Shown one piece after another: positions 8,370 to 16,644 of a stretch of DNA of 64,000 bases. Source of the stretch: Candidatus Parcubacteria bacterium (GTDB taxonomy: Bacteria > Patescibacteriota > Minisyncoccia > Phycocordibacterales > UBA5272); NCBI GenBank assembly GCA_039796775.1, contig JBDKJD010000003.1:12697-76696 (forward strand). Reading direction: 5' to 3'. Made by a program: the position numbers and the translations under genes. The notes below the pieces were generated by a model. It was not told the DNA's origin. It searched no databases and saw only the letters and a list, made by a program, of their open reading frames with translations. Position 1 is the first letter of the stretch; the number at the start of each line of letters is the position of its first letter.

Positions 8370-9761
8370 TTATTGAGTAATTCTTATCTCTTCCATACTA
8401 ACCGTTCTACCATTTGAGGTGTCAACAAGAATAACTTTCATTGTTAAACCCTCCTTATATTCATAAGGTTTTGTTATTGTTATCTTACCATTACGCCCTG
8501 AGAATCTATACGCTGCACCTCCTGGAGCCCAAGGATTAACGCGGGCATTGTAATAAGACTCTGCAGCTAAGCCAACAAGTGATATATTGTTACCTGAGTA
8601 ACCGTCGCCGTTTCTTGCGATCTCTGTTGGCTCTAATTGAAGTTCATACTGTTTCGCGTAATTATCAATACTATAGTCAAGAACGGCTTGAGTATAATAG
8701 CCCCCAGCATCATATATCGACTGAACAAGATTAAAAGAAAGTTTTGGCGTTGGTTTAAAAATTATATTTTCAATAATGACTGAAGTTTTATTACCAAGAG
8801 AATCATAAAGCGCTACACTCACATTCCCGTTATACTCGCCCAAAAACTTTCCTGTAAAACTAATCACCCCAGGACTCTTGTATGTCCTACTCTGCGCAAT
8901 AACTTCATCACCATCCACCTTCCAATTAGCGACTATTTTACCTACTGTGTCTAAGTTCTGACCATAAATAGTAATATAGTAAATACCATTATCTTCTTTT
9001 GAAAACGTTCCATAAGAAGCTGATGGTTTAACCTGTACAGAATTTTGACCATTAACTTCTTCAACTAAAAGATTGCCTGTTGTCTCAGAAAAACCATCTT
9101 CAGAAACTACAGTTATTTTAAGAAACTTACCAATATACTTTTGGGGCGTTGTAACGACTATTGTATTCTGAGCTTTTAAGACAAAATTGCTTTGCTGTTG
9201 TTCTTCACTTGTGGCATCTGTCTTAATAACAACTTTTACTACTTTATTCATTCTCTCCCCAAGAAGAATCGTCTTATATACTCCTGTGAGAGGATCGTAT
9301 TCTTGCTTGACAGCTCTAAGTGAAGGGTTGCCCCCTAAAGGAAAGTTAAGGACCGGTACAGATGACGGAGTTACTGTACTTGGATAAGATGGGTTTGTAT
9401 ATTGTGGTGACGATATTTCGTTTGAACATGTCTCTTTTTGTATCACTTTCCTTGTGATTGAACCAACGCTTCCTGTTGGACTAATTCCGTTTGCAGTCTG
9501 GTATTTTCTAACCCCTGCAACAGTTAAGCGACCGTAAAACCCAGTCGCAGATCCCGATATTATTCCTTTCTCTATCAAAAACTCTTGAAGAGCCGAGACT
9601 TCATTATTAGAGTTACTATCTCTTGACCCAAGACGAAGAACTGGGGTTGTTATAATGAGGCAAGAATCTTCATAAACTTCATCTCCTTGATTTTGGGCAT
9701 AGGAATAACCTCCAAAGCTTAATGAGATTAGGGATAGTAGTAAAAGTTTTTTTATTGTCAT
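8370..9761 (-). CDS. Secreted peptidoglycan-binding-domain protein with beta-rich repeats
   Basis: Signal peptide; LRLGSRD...VSALQEFL...TGFYGRLTVAGVRKYQ...TGSVGSITR. Confidence 0.8.
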   Translation of the reverse strand: MTIKKLLLLSLISLSFGGYSYAQNQGDEVYEDSCLIITTPVLRLGSRDSNSNNEVSALQEFLIEKGIISGSATGFYGRLTVAGVRKYQTANGISPTGSVGSITRKVIQKETCSNEISSPQYTNPSYPSTVTPSSVPVLNFPLGGNPSLRAVKQEYDPLTGVYKTILLGERMNKVVKVVIKTDATSEEQQQSNFVLKAQNTIVVTTPQKYIGKFLKITVVSEDGFSETTGNLLVEEVNGQNSVQVKPSASYGTFSKEDNGIYYITIYGQNLDTVGKIVANWKVDGDEVIAQSRTYKSPGVISFTGKFLGEYNGNVSVALYDSLGNKTSVIIENIIFKPTPKLSFNLVQSIYDAGGYYTQAVLDYSIDNYAKQYELQLEPTEIARNGDGYSGNNISLVGLAAESYYNARVNPWAPGGAAYRFSGRNGKITITKPYEYKEGLTMKVILVDTSNGRTVSMEEIRITQ

Positions 9762-9781
9762 ATATTATAATTAATAAAATA

Positions 9782-9812
9782 ATTATACACGCACACCCCC
9801 CCCCATTATCAA
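9782..9812 (-). promoter_or_regulatory. Promoter with a G9 tract in the -35/-10 spacer
   Basis: Minus strand TTGATA (9812-9807), 19-nt spacer containing G9 (9796-9804), TATAAT (9787-9782). Confidence 0.5.
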
Positions 9813-9823
9813 AATAAAGATAA

Positions 9824-10309
9824 CTATCTAAATGCAATAACTGTGATATTGTCTTCCTCCTTGGTAACACTCGGATCAGTTTGATAGAAATGATACGCTT
9901 CTTTGATATTCGGATAGTCTTTCATAATCTTCGGCCATATATCCTTAAACTGAGAGTAGCCTCCTTTCATGATATATGAAATAAAATCCCCGCTTACTTT
10001 CATATCGCCATCTTTATGAGCAAGACCGATACGTCCGAATCCGAACATTTTTGGCTCCTCAATCATGCCGATATTCCAGTCTATCGCGTTACCATTCTTA
10101 ACAAAGTCACTCTTAAGAGATTCATATCTCCCTTTTGTCATGGGCATCCAAAAGAAGAAAAGCATCTTCTTAGTAATGAAGCTCGCATCTATATGATGCA
10201 TAGCATAACCATCCTTGATATCTGATTGTGTATACATAAGTATGTGAGAAAAAGTTTTATACTCTACATTATCTAGTCCCCTTAGGTAAGGACTGGCACG
10301 CAACACCAT
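9824..10309 (-). CDS. Hypothetical protein (possibly GyrI-like fold); true start probably at the internal Met of MYTQSDI
   Basis: ORF track; FISYIMKGGYSQF...YHFYQTDP; the longer start overlaps the neighbouring gene. Confidence 0.55.
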   Translation of the reverse strand: MVLRASPYLRGLDNVEYKTFSHILMYTQSDIKDGYAMHHIDASFITKKMLFFFWMPMTKGRYESLKSDFVKNGNAIDWNIGMIEEPKMFGFGRIGLAHKDGDMKVSGDFISYIMKGGYSQFKDIWPKIMKDYPNIKEAYHFYQTDPSVTKEEDNITVIAFR

Positions 10310-10709
10310 CTTTGTTGCCGTCTAATCTATTAGTATCCTCTGATACCCCTCCTGCGTTATCGAAGAATTCTTGCGCGTCACCTTGTGTCTTGAAGTCATC
10401 ACAATTGTACTCGTCTGTATACTTGGCATTAGCTGCTTCTTTGGTTCCTGCTTGTACAATATTCCCTTTATTGTCACGAAGCACACGTGACTCACTGATG
10501 CTCTTAGTCTCCATCATCTTATCAAGATCGTAATCAGTATTAGCAACTTCAAGACCAAGTGCTCCCACAAGAAGGGCTAAGATAACACCGATCACAGCCT
10601 TGGCCCATGTAGTCTTGGCAGTGAAGAATAACACCCCCGCAAGTACAATAAGACCACCGATTACCCATAGTCTCACTTTTTTAGAATTACGCATTTCTTG
10701 TATTTTCAT
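10269..10709 (-). CDS. Membrane-anchored excalibur calcium-binding domain protein
   Basis: YNCDDF-x-TQ-x-x-AQ...LDGNKDGVACQSLP; two N-terminal TM. Confidence 0.85.
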   Translation of the reverse strand: MKIQEMRNSKKVRLWVIGGLIVLAGVLFFTAKTTWAKAVIGVILALLVGALGLEVANTDYDLDKMMETKSISESRVLRDNKGNIVQAGTKEAANAKYTDEYNCDDFKTQGDAQEFFDNAGGVSEDTNRLDGNKDGVACQSLPKGTR

Positions 10710-10755
10710 ATATTTGAAAGTATAACACTAAGAGAATCAATACTTTAATATCTCT

Positions 10756-11313
10756 TTAAAGTTTGGCTGAGTTAAAAAGCACACTAAATGCTTCGCACCA
10801 CACGAGCGCATATTGATACTCTTCGATATTAATATTCTCTGGTATCTTATAGTTAAAATTACCACTTGTTGCCTTAAGTGCCCCAAGATTCACGAAATCT
10901 TTTGCTTCTAAATCCTTAGCCAAATAAACTACCAAATCAGGACCGTTGATAGTGCTAAAGTCTTCATAGCGAAGATACTTCGTATCTCCTTCGCTCACCA
11001 GTCTCACATAACCAGATGCTGGATGTGTCTTGGTTGGTACTATCGCACTTCTGGCTATCTGAGGCGAGACTGCGATATCTTGGGCTGATACAGATTGAGA
11101 CGTAGACGATGCTTTCATCTCTTCTTTGGATTCAGTTGCTTCCACTAATTGAGATGTGGTAGATACTACTTCTTTTTTATTGTCTATATTTACTTCTACA
11201 GGAAGTGCCTCGTCTAAAGATGAGGTTCTTAATTGAGGAAGTATGAATAGATAAAAAGAAACGCCAGCAATAATACATGTGAATAATCCAATGATGTAAT
11301 ATTTTTTGTTCAT
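10756..11313 (-). CDS. DM13 domain protein
   Basis: HPASG, NGPDLVVYL, LGALKATSGNFNY, VWCEAFSVLF. Confidence 0.9.
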   Translation of the reverse strand: MNKKYYIIGLFTCIIAGVSFYLFILPQLRTSSLDEALPVEVNIDNKKEVVSTTSQLVEATESKEEMKASSTSQSVSAQDIAVSPQIARSAIVPTKTHPASGYVRLVSEGDTKYLRYEDFSTINGPDLVVYLAKDLEAKDFVNLGALKATSGNFNYKIPENINIEEYQYALVWCEAFSVLFNSAKL

Positions 11314-11331
11314 AATATAGCAGTGTTAGAT

Positions 11332-12750
11332 TTAGGAAAATACCCTAAACAAAAAACGAATAATAGCATATGTGCGGCCTGATAACTTGGACCCCATATA
11401 GGTGAGCGCTAGGCGTCTATTGATACGACTCTTAGTTGGATATGGATATACCTTGTTATAGAGAGCCTTAAGCGAAAGATCGTTATAGTGAACGGTGAGC
11501 AAGTCTTGAACAAGCTCGCCTGCGTCTTCTGCTACCATTGTTCCTCCTAAGACATTACCTTCTCCATCGATATATACTTGTAAGAAGCTTCCCTTTTCTC
11601 CATCGGTAACAGATCTATCTTCTTCGTCAAAAGAAAGCATGTGCGCGGTATAAGGAATACTTTGCTCATTAAGTATCATCTCACTCTTACCGAACGTTGC
11701 CACTTCTTTGCTGGTGTAGGTAACCCACGCAAGTGTCGTTGGAGACTTTTTCTTAAAAGGTGAAAGCATATTGTTGATCACTACTTTTGCATGCTCTTCT
11801 GCAACATGGGTGAACATAAACGACCCAGCAATATCTCCTACCGTAACGACATGCGGGTTAGTGGTTTCGAGATATTTATTGATGATAAGCTTACCATTCT
11901 CATCTATCTTGATGCCGGCATTCTCTAAAGCTAAACCTTCACTATTGAGCACTCTTCCGATGCCGACAAAAAGAGCATCTGCTTTCTTAGAAAACTCTTT
12001 ATCGTCCACAGTATAAAAAACATGACCATTCTGTATCTTGATGAGCTTCATGCTATTAACTATCTCTACCCCTTCTTCTTTGAACATACTCTCTACCGCG
12101 TCACTCGCTTCTTGTATCTCTCTCCCGAGCAGCTTCTTATCCGCATTAAGTATTGTCACCTCACTTCCCAAGAATCTAAACGCTTCTGCGAGTTCACATG
12201 ATATCGGCCCACCACCAAGAAAAACGAAATCGTCCGGAAGAGTCTCCAAAGAAAACACTGACTCATTATTAAGAAGCGGCACACTGCCATCATTATCTGC
12301 GAGTGTGAGAGCTCTTGCTCTACTCCCTGTTGCAAGCACACACTTATTAAAGGAATATAACTCATTATTAACGCTAAGCGTTCGTGCGTCAACAAATGAA
12401 GCATCACCGATCACAACATCCATTCCTTTTGATCGTAGATATTCACTATTCTCGTGGAGGCGAATCGCATCTTGCTTGTGACGTATCTCATCTAATACCT
12501 TTTTGAGGTCTGTCTTGCCTGACACTGTATAGCCATAACGACTAGCATCATGCGCTTGTTTAATAGTGCGCGCGGTATGTATGAGAGCCTTACTAGGAAC
12601 ACATCCATAATTAAGACAATCACCGCCGATTGAAGCTTCGCTTTTGTTCACAAGAAGTACAGAGAGTCCGACTCGTGCGAAAAATGAAGAGACATTTAAT
12701 CCGCCTGACCCAGCTCCTATAATGATGATGTCATAATGTTTTTTGTTCAT
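11332..12750 (-). CDS. Class I pyridine nucleotide-disulfide oxidoreductase (MerA/LpdA-like)
   Basis: GAGSGG, GGDCLNYGCVPSK redox disulfide, ATGS, GGGPI, GD, FTH, PYPT. Confidence 0.9.
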   Translation of the reverse strand: MNKKHYDIIIIGAGSGGLNVSSFFARVGLSVLLVNKSEASIGGDCLNYGCVPSKALIHTARTIKQAHDASRYGYTVSGKTDLKKVLDEIRHKQDAIRLHENSEYLRSKGMDVVIGDASFVDARTLSVNNELYSFNKCVLATGSRARALTLADNDGSVPLLNNESVFSLETLPDDFVFLGGGPISCELAEAFRFLGSEVTILNADKKLLGREIQEASDAVESMFKEEGVEIVNSMKLIKIQNGHVFYTVDDKEFSKKADALFVGIGRVLNSEGLALENAGIKIDENGKLIINKYLETTNPHVVTVGDIAGSFMFTHVAEEHAKVVINNMLSPFKKKSPTTLAWVTYTSKEVATFGKSEMILNEQSIPYTAHMLSFDEEDRSVTDGEKGSFLQVYIDGEGNVLGGTMVAEDAGELVQDLLTVHYNDLSLKALYNKVYPYPTKSRINRRLALTYMGSKLSGRTYAIIRFLFRVFS

Positions 12751-12760
12751 AGTGATTATT

Positions 12761-13300
12761 TTATATTTTGAATTTCTTGCCGATTAATACTAGTCCTGCT
12801 ATCGCTATTACAGCAAGCGCAATATTGATGGGGCTCAGCATCGCAAGTGATTCTCCAAAATACACAAAAGCGAATGTCCCTGGGATAATCCCTATACTCG
12901 TCCCTATCATATAATCTCGTGTAGACACTCTCGTAACCCCGAGCAAATAGTTAAGAGCATTGAACGGGAAAAGCGGAATAAGTCTTAAGAGGAGAACAGT
13001 CTTCATCCCTTCCTTAAAAAATTTCTCTTCATAGGTTTCGAGCTTTTTGTACTTACTGAGCAAATGCTTGGCCACATACCCCCTCATCACATATCTCGCA
13101 ATCAAAAAAGCAAAGGTCGCGCCTACAATATTCCCCACAAGAGAAATCAGTGTGCCGTACCACACTCCGAATGTCGCTCCAGCCAAAAGTGTGAGCGGAG
13201 TCCCCGGCAAGAACGCGATTGCTCCTATCACTTTTCCTACTATCAAGATAAGGGCTGCGTAGTGCGGATATTCGGCAACTAAAAGTTGTAATGTTTCCAT
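12761..13300 (-). CDS. TVP38/TMEM64 (DedA/SNARE-associated) membrane protein
   Basis: LPGTPLTLLAG...LRLIPLFPFNALNY...GIIPG. Confidence 0.9.
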   Translation of the reverse strand: METLQLLVAEYPHYAALILIVGKVIGAIAFLPGTPLTLLAGATFGVWYGTLISLVGNIVGATFAFLIARYVMRGYVAKHLLSKYKKLETYEEKFFKEGMKTVLLLRLIPLFPFNALNYLLGVTRVSTRDYMIGTSIGIIPGTFAFVYFGESLAMLSPINIALAVIAIAGLVLIGKKFKI

Positions 13301-13352
13301 GGTGTTATATTTTCTTGTTTTGTTTCATTCTTCTATATAAATACTTTTATTA

Positions 13353-14513
13353 TTATTGAAGCAAGGAAACATACTCGCCGTATCCTTCCTTTTCCATATC
13401 TTTAAGGGGAATAAAAAGGAGTGATGCACTATTCATGCAATATCTCATACCTCCTCTATCCTTCGGTCCATCATTAAAGACATGACCCAAGTGCGAGTCT
13501 GCAATAGCGCTTCTCACTTCCGTTCGAACTGAGAATAATTCTCTATCTTCATGGAGAGTTACACTACTTGGAGTAATAGACGTCGTGAATGATGGCCAGC
13601 CGGTTCCGGAGTCATATTTGTCTTTTGATAAAAATAGCGGTTCTTTGCTTACTATGTCGACATAGATTCCTATCTCTTTATTGTCATGATACTTGTTATC
13701 AAAGGGTCGCTCTGTACCATCTTCTTGAGTTACTTTGTACTCTATAGGTGACAACTCTTTTAATCTCGCTACTTTTTGTTCTTGAGAAAATGTTTTCCAA
13801 GAAGAAGTAGCGCTCGTGTTAGTTGTGTTAGCTGTGTCGCCGAATATTTCTATAATGCTCGGGTCTTTCTTCTCCCAATGAATACGAATGAATTGATTGC
13901 GACCACTCGCTTCTCTATACCCACCATATCTCACGGGATTCTTATCTTTATAATCCTGATGATATTCTTCGGCTGGGTAGAAGTTGGTAAACGGTAGCAC
14001 GACGACTGCTACTTTTTTGTCGAACTTCTTACTGCCGTCAATCTTGGTAATAACGGCTTCGGCTTTTGACTTCTGAGCTTCATCTGTGTAATAAATAGCA
14101 GGAGTGTACTGATACCCACGATCACCGAACTGTCCTTCACCATCTGTTGGATCAATATGCTTAAAATACAGCGAGAGCACCTGTAGCGTAGAAATAATAC
14201 TCTCATCGTAGATAACCTCCACCGCTTCACGTGCTTTCACCTCTCCGCTCCCTACTTCTTGATAACGAGGATTCTCCTTCTCGCTATCAGCATATCCAGA
14301 AATAGCAGAGATAACTCCACGATAATGATTGAACTCGGCTTCTGTGCACCAGAAGCAACCACCTGCTAAAACTATTTTTGAATAATTCTTATTATCGCTG
14401 AGTGTTGTATCGGGTGTATGTAATGGGGAAGTGTTTCTCATATACCAATTATACAGAACAAATGTAATAACAACACTTAGTAAGAAAATAGAGATGCGCA
14501 TTGTTGTGGTCAT
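13353..14513 (-). CDS. msrAB: Bifunctional methionine sulfoxide reductase MsrA/MsrB with N-terminal anchor
   Basis: [33 protein letters not shown]. Confidence 0.95.
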   Translation of the reverse strand: MTTTMRISIFLLSVVITFVLYNWYMRNTSPLHTPDTTLSDNKNYSKIVLAGGCFWCTEAEFNHYRGVISAISGYADSEKENPRYQEVGSGEVKAREAVEVIYDESIISTLQVLSLYFKHIDPTDGEGQFGDRGYQYTPAIYYTDEAQKSKAEAVITKIDGSKKFDKKVAVVVLPFTNFYPAEEYHQDYKDKNPVRYGGYREASGRNQFIRIHWEKKDPSIIEIFGDTANTTNTSATSSWKTFSQEQKVARLKELSPIEYKVTQEDGTERPFDNKYHDNKEIGIYVDIVSKEPLFLSKDKYDSGTGWPSFTTSITPSSVTLHEDRELFSVRTEVRSAIADSHLGHVFNDGPKDRGGMRYCMNSASLLFIPLKDMEKEGYGEYVSLLQ

Positions 14514-14582
14514 AGCTTTAATACCATAGTAACATAACTTCTATGTGGTCATAGCTTTAATACCATAGTAACATAACTTCTA
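14505..14582. repeat. Perfect 39-bp tandem duplication covering the msrAB start and -10 box
   Basis: TGTGGTCATAGCTTTAATACCATAGTAACATAACTTCTA at 14505-14543 and 14544-14582. Confidence 0.9.
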
Positions 14583-14700
14583 TAATGAAATACCAGCCAT
14601 CAAAACCATACCATGGCTCCTTTATTCCTTATTGCATGTTTAGAAAGCTTTATCTGTTTCGAGAAGATTTTTTCGATACCTTAATTGATAGCTATGACCA

Positions 14701-15984
14701 TTAACGGCTCAGCCACTCTTTTTCTTGTCGTACTAAATACTTTTCTGCCGGATGGGTTTCGGCTAATATCATCTTCACTGCGCGCTCTAACCTCACACTC
14801 TGTGACCCTTTGCAATACACAACGTCTCCCTTTTGTAATATCTTTACCAACTCCTTCCCCGCTTCTATTGCGTTATCACATTCCATAATATCTATCTCAT
14901 TCATCTTGGCGTCGAGCGCCCCTTCTGCAGTAGCTAGAGAACGGATACCTACAGTGAACAACTTGTGAACTGTCTCTCCTGCTATTGTGCCTAGACGATA
15001 GTGTTCATCTCTTGTATGTACGCCAAGCTCCATCATGTCTCCCAGTACAGCAATCTTCCTGCCTTGTATGTCCATAGAAGCAAGCGTCTTAAGACCGTGC
15101 TCTGCCGCCTTAGGAGAAGCATTATACGTATCATCAATAATAAGCGAACCATTCATTCCAGGAAGAAGACGCATACGACCCTTTGGTGTATCTCCATCAC
15201 ATAGCGCCTGTAATGCTTCAGCTATAGGAATCTTAAGCTCTTTCGCAACTGCAAGAGCTGGGAGCGCGCAATACACAGGAGACTTGCCTACCACTTCTGG
15301 GAGTACGAGCTCATGAGATTCTTCTCCGATATGAATCGTTGCTTTTGTTCCAACATACGGATCACCATAGAGACCGACAGCAGTAGCGCGAATGTCGGCA
15401 TCTTCTTCTATACCAATACTCATCTTGCGAGCTTCTGTTTTCCCAATAAGAGTTGTTTTCGAATCATGATCATCCGCATTCCAAATATAGAGACCATTTT
15501 TCTTAAGAGCTTTGACAAGATATCCCTTTTCTTCAACTACTGCGTCTCTATCCTTAAAAAATTCTATATGTACCGGTACCTTACCGAATTGAGTCACAAC
15601 AGTAACATCAGGCTTGATCCATGTAGTAATACTCTTGATGTCTCCTGGACGATCAGCACCTATTTCTAATACGAGATGCGTTGGATAGTCTTTACCAATA
15701 GCTACGAAGAATCCTCGTATGATCACCAGCATCCATTTAACAGGATTATTCCACGCAGACTTCTCTCCCAAAATGGTAAGCGGAACACCGAACTCACTAT
15801 TCATACTCTTCTCACTACGACGCACATGTACATGATCTTTGAGAACTGTATAAATAGCATCTTTGGTTCCTGTTTTACCGAGATTACCTGTTACTCCAAT
15901 GATAAAAGGCTTATGTCGCTTAAGTGTGAGCTTAGCCTCCCAAGTGAGAATGGTGACGATGAGTGGTTTAATGAGGTCTTTCAT
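14701..15984 (-). CDS. murF: UDP-MurNAc-tripeptide D-Ala-D-Ala ligase
   Basis: GVTGNLGKT, NSEFGVPLT, IDDTYNASP, LGDMMELG, KGSQ. Confidence 0.92.
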   Translation of the reverse strand: MKDLIKPLIVTILTWEAKLTLKRHKPFIIGVTGNLGKTGTKDAIYTVLKDHVHVRRSEKSMNSEFGVPLTILGEKSAWNNPVKWMLVIIRGFFVAIGKDYPTHLVLEIGADRPGDIKSITTWIKPDVTVVTQFGKVPVHIEFFKDRDAVVEEKGYLVKALKKNGLYIWNADDHDSKTTLIGKTEARKMSIGIEEDADIRATAVGLYGDPYVGTKATIHIGEESHELVLPEVVGKSPVYCALPALAVAKELKIPIAEALQALCDGDTPKGRMRLLPGMNGSLIIDDTYNASPKAAEHGLKTLASMDIQGRKIAVLGDMMELGVHTRDEHYRLGTIAGETVHKLFTVGIRSLATAEGALDAKMNEIDIMECDNAIEAGKELVKILQKGDVVYCKGSQSVRLERAVKMILAETHPAEKYLVRQEKEWLSR

Positions 15985-16016
15985 AAGGGCAGTAATTGGT
16001 TATTAGTAATTGGTTA

Positions 16017-16534
16017 TTAGTTTAACACAAGCGAAATAACTTCATCTGTTAGCTCCTCTTTAGTTTTTCCTTCGACCTTGATGGTTGTCCCGATCTCTTT
16101 AAGTACTTCGTCTATGAGCGGCTGGACATTGTTATTAAACTTCTTGAGCCGTTCTTCTTGAGAAGAACCATCATGAATAAACACTTCTCGACCTCGTGCG
16201 TTAAGACGTTCGAGCACCAAATGATCCGGTGCGGAAAAATGAATAACACTAAACGATAATGTGAGTTTTTTCATATCATTAAACGATCTAGAAGTATACG
16301 GGTTACCACTTACTATCACTAACTTTCTACCTGATAGCTCAGCAAGTAACGAATAGACCTTATCTCGTGTCTCTTGGTAGAACCCCTCATCGCCAACCTC
16401 CTTTTGAAACTCTTTAAGAAGCGTGCTAAAAGAATAATATTCTATGTGCTCGTACAAGGATGCCAAGTGCCCCCCCCTACAGTCGTTTTTCCGCTTCCTG
16501 GCTTACCTATTAACCACACTAACCCTGTTTTCAT
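16017..16534 (-). pseudogene. Nucleoside monophosphate kinase-like P-loop protein, frameshifted in a G8 tract
   Basis: ATG 16534 gives MKTGLVWLIGKPGSGKTTVG; the rest (HLASLYEH...LERLNARGR...QPLID) is in another frame after G8 at 16470-16477. Confidence 0.75.
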
Positions 16535-16644
16535 ATGCTTACATCCTAGCACAAAGCGTGGCCTAAGGTTCCCGATTTCTTAGATTGTAATCAATCTTTT
16601 GAAATCGCAATACTCTCGAGTGCTGCGCTTTGTGTTACCAATAA

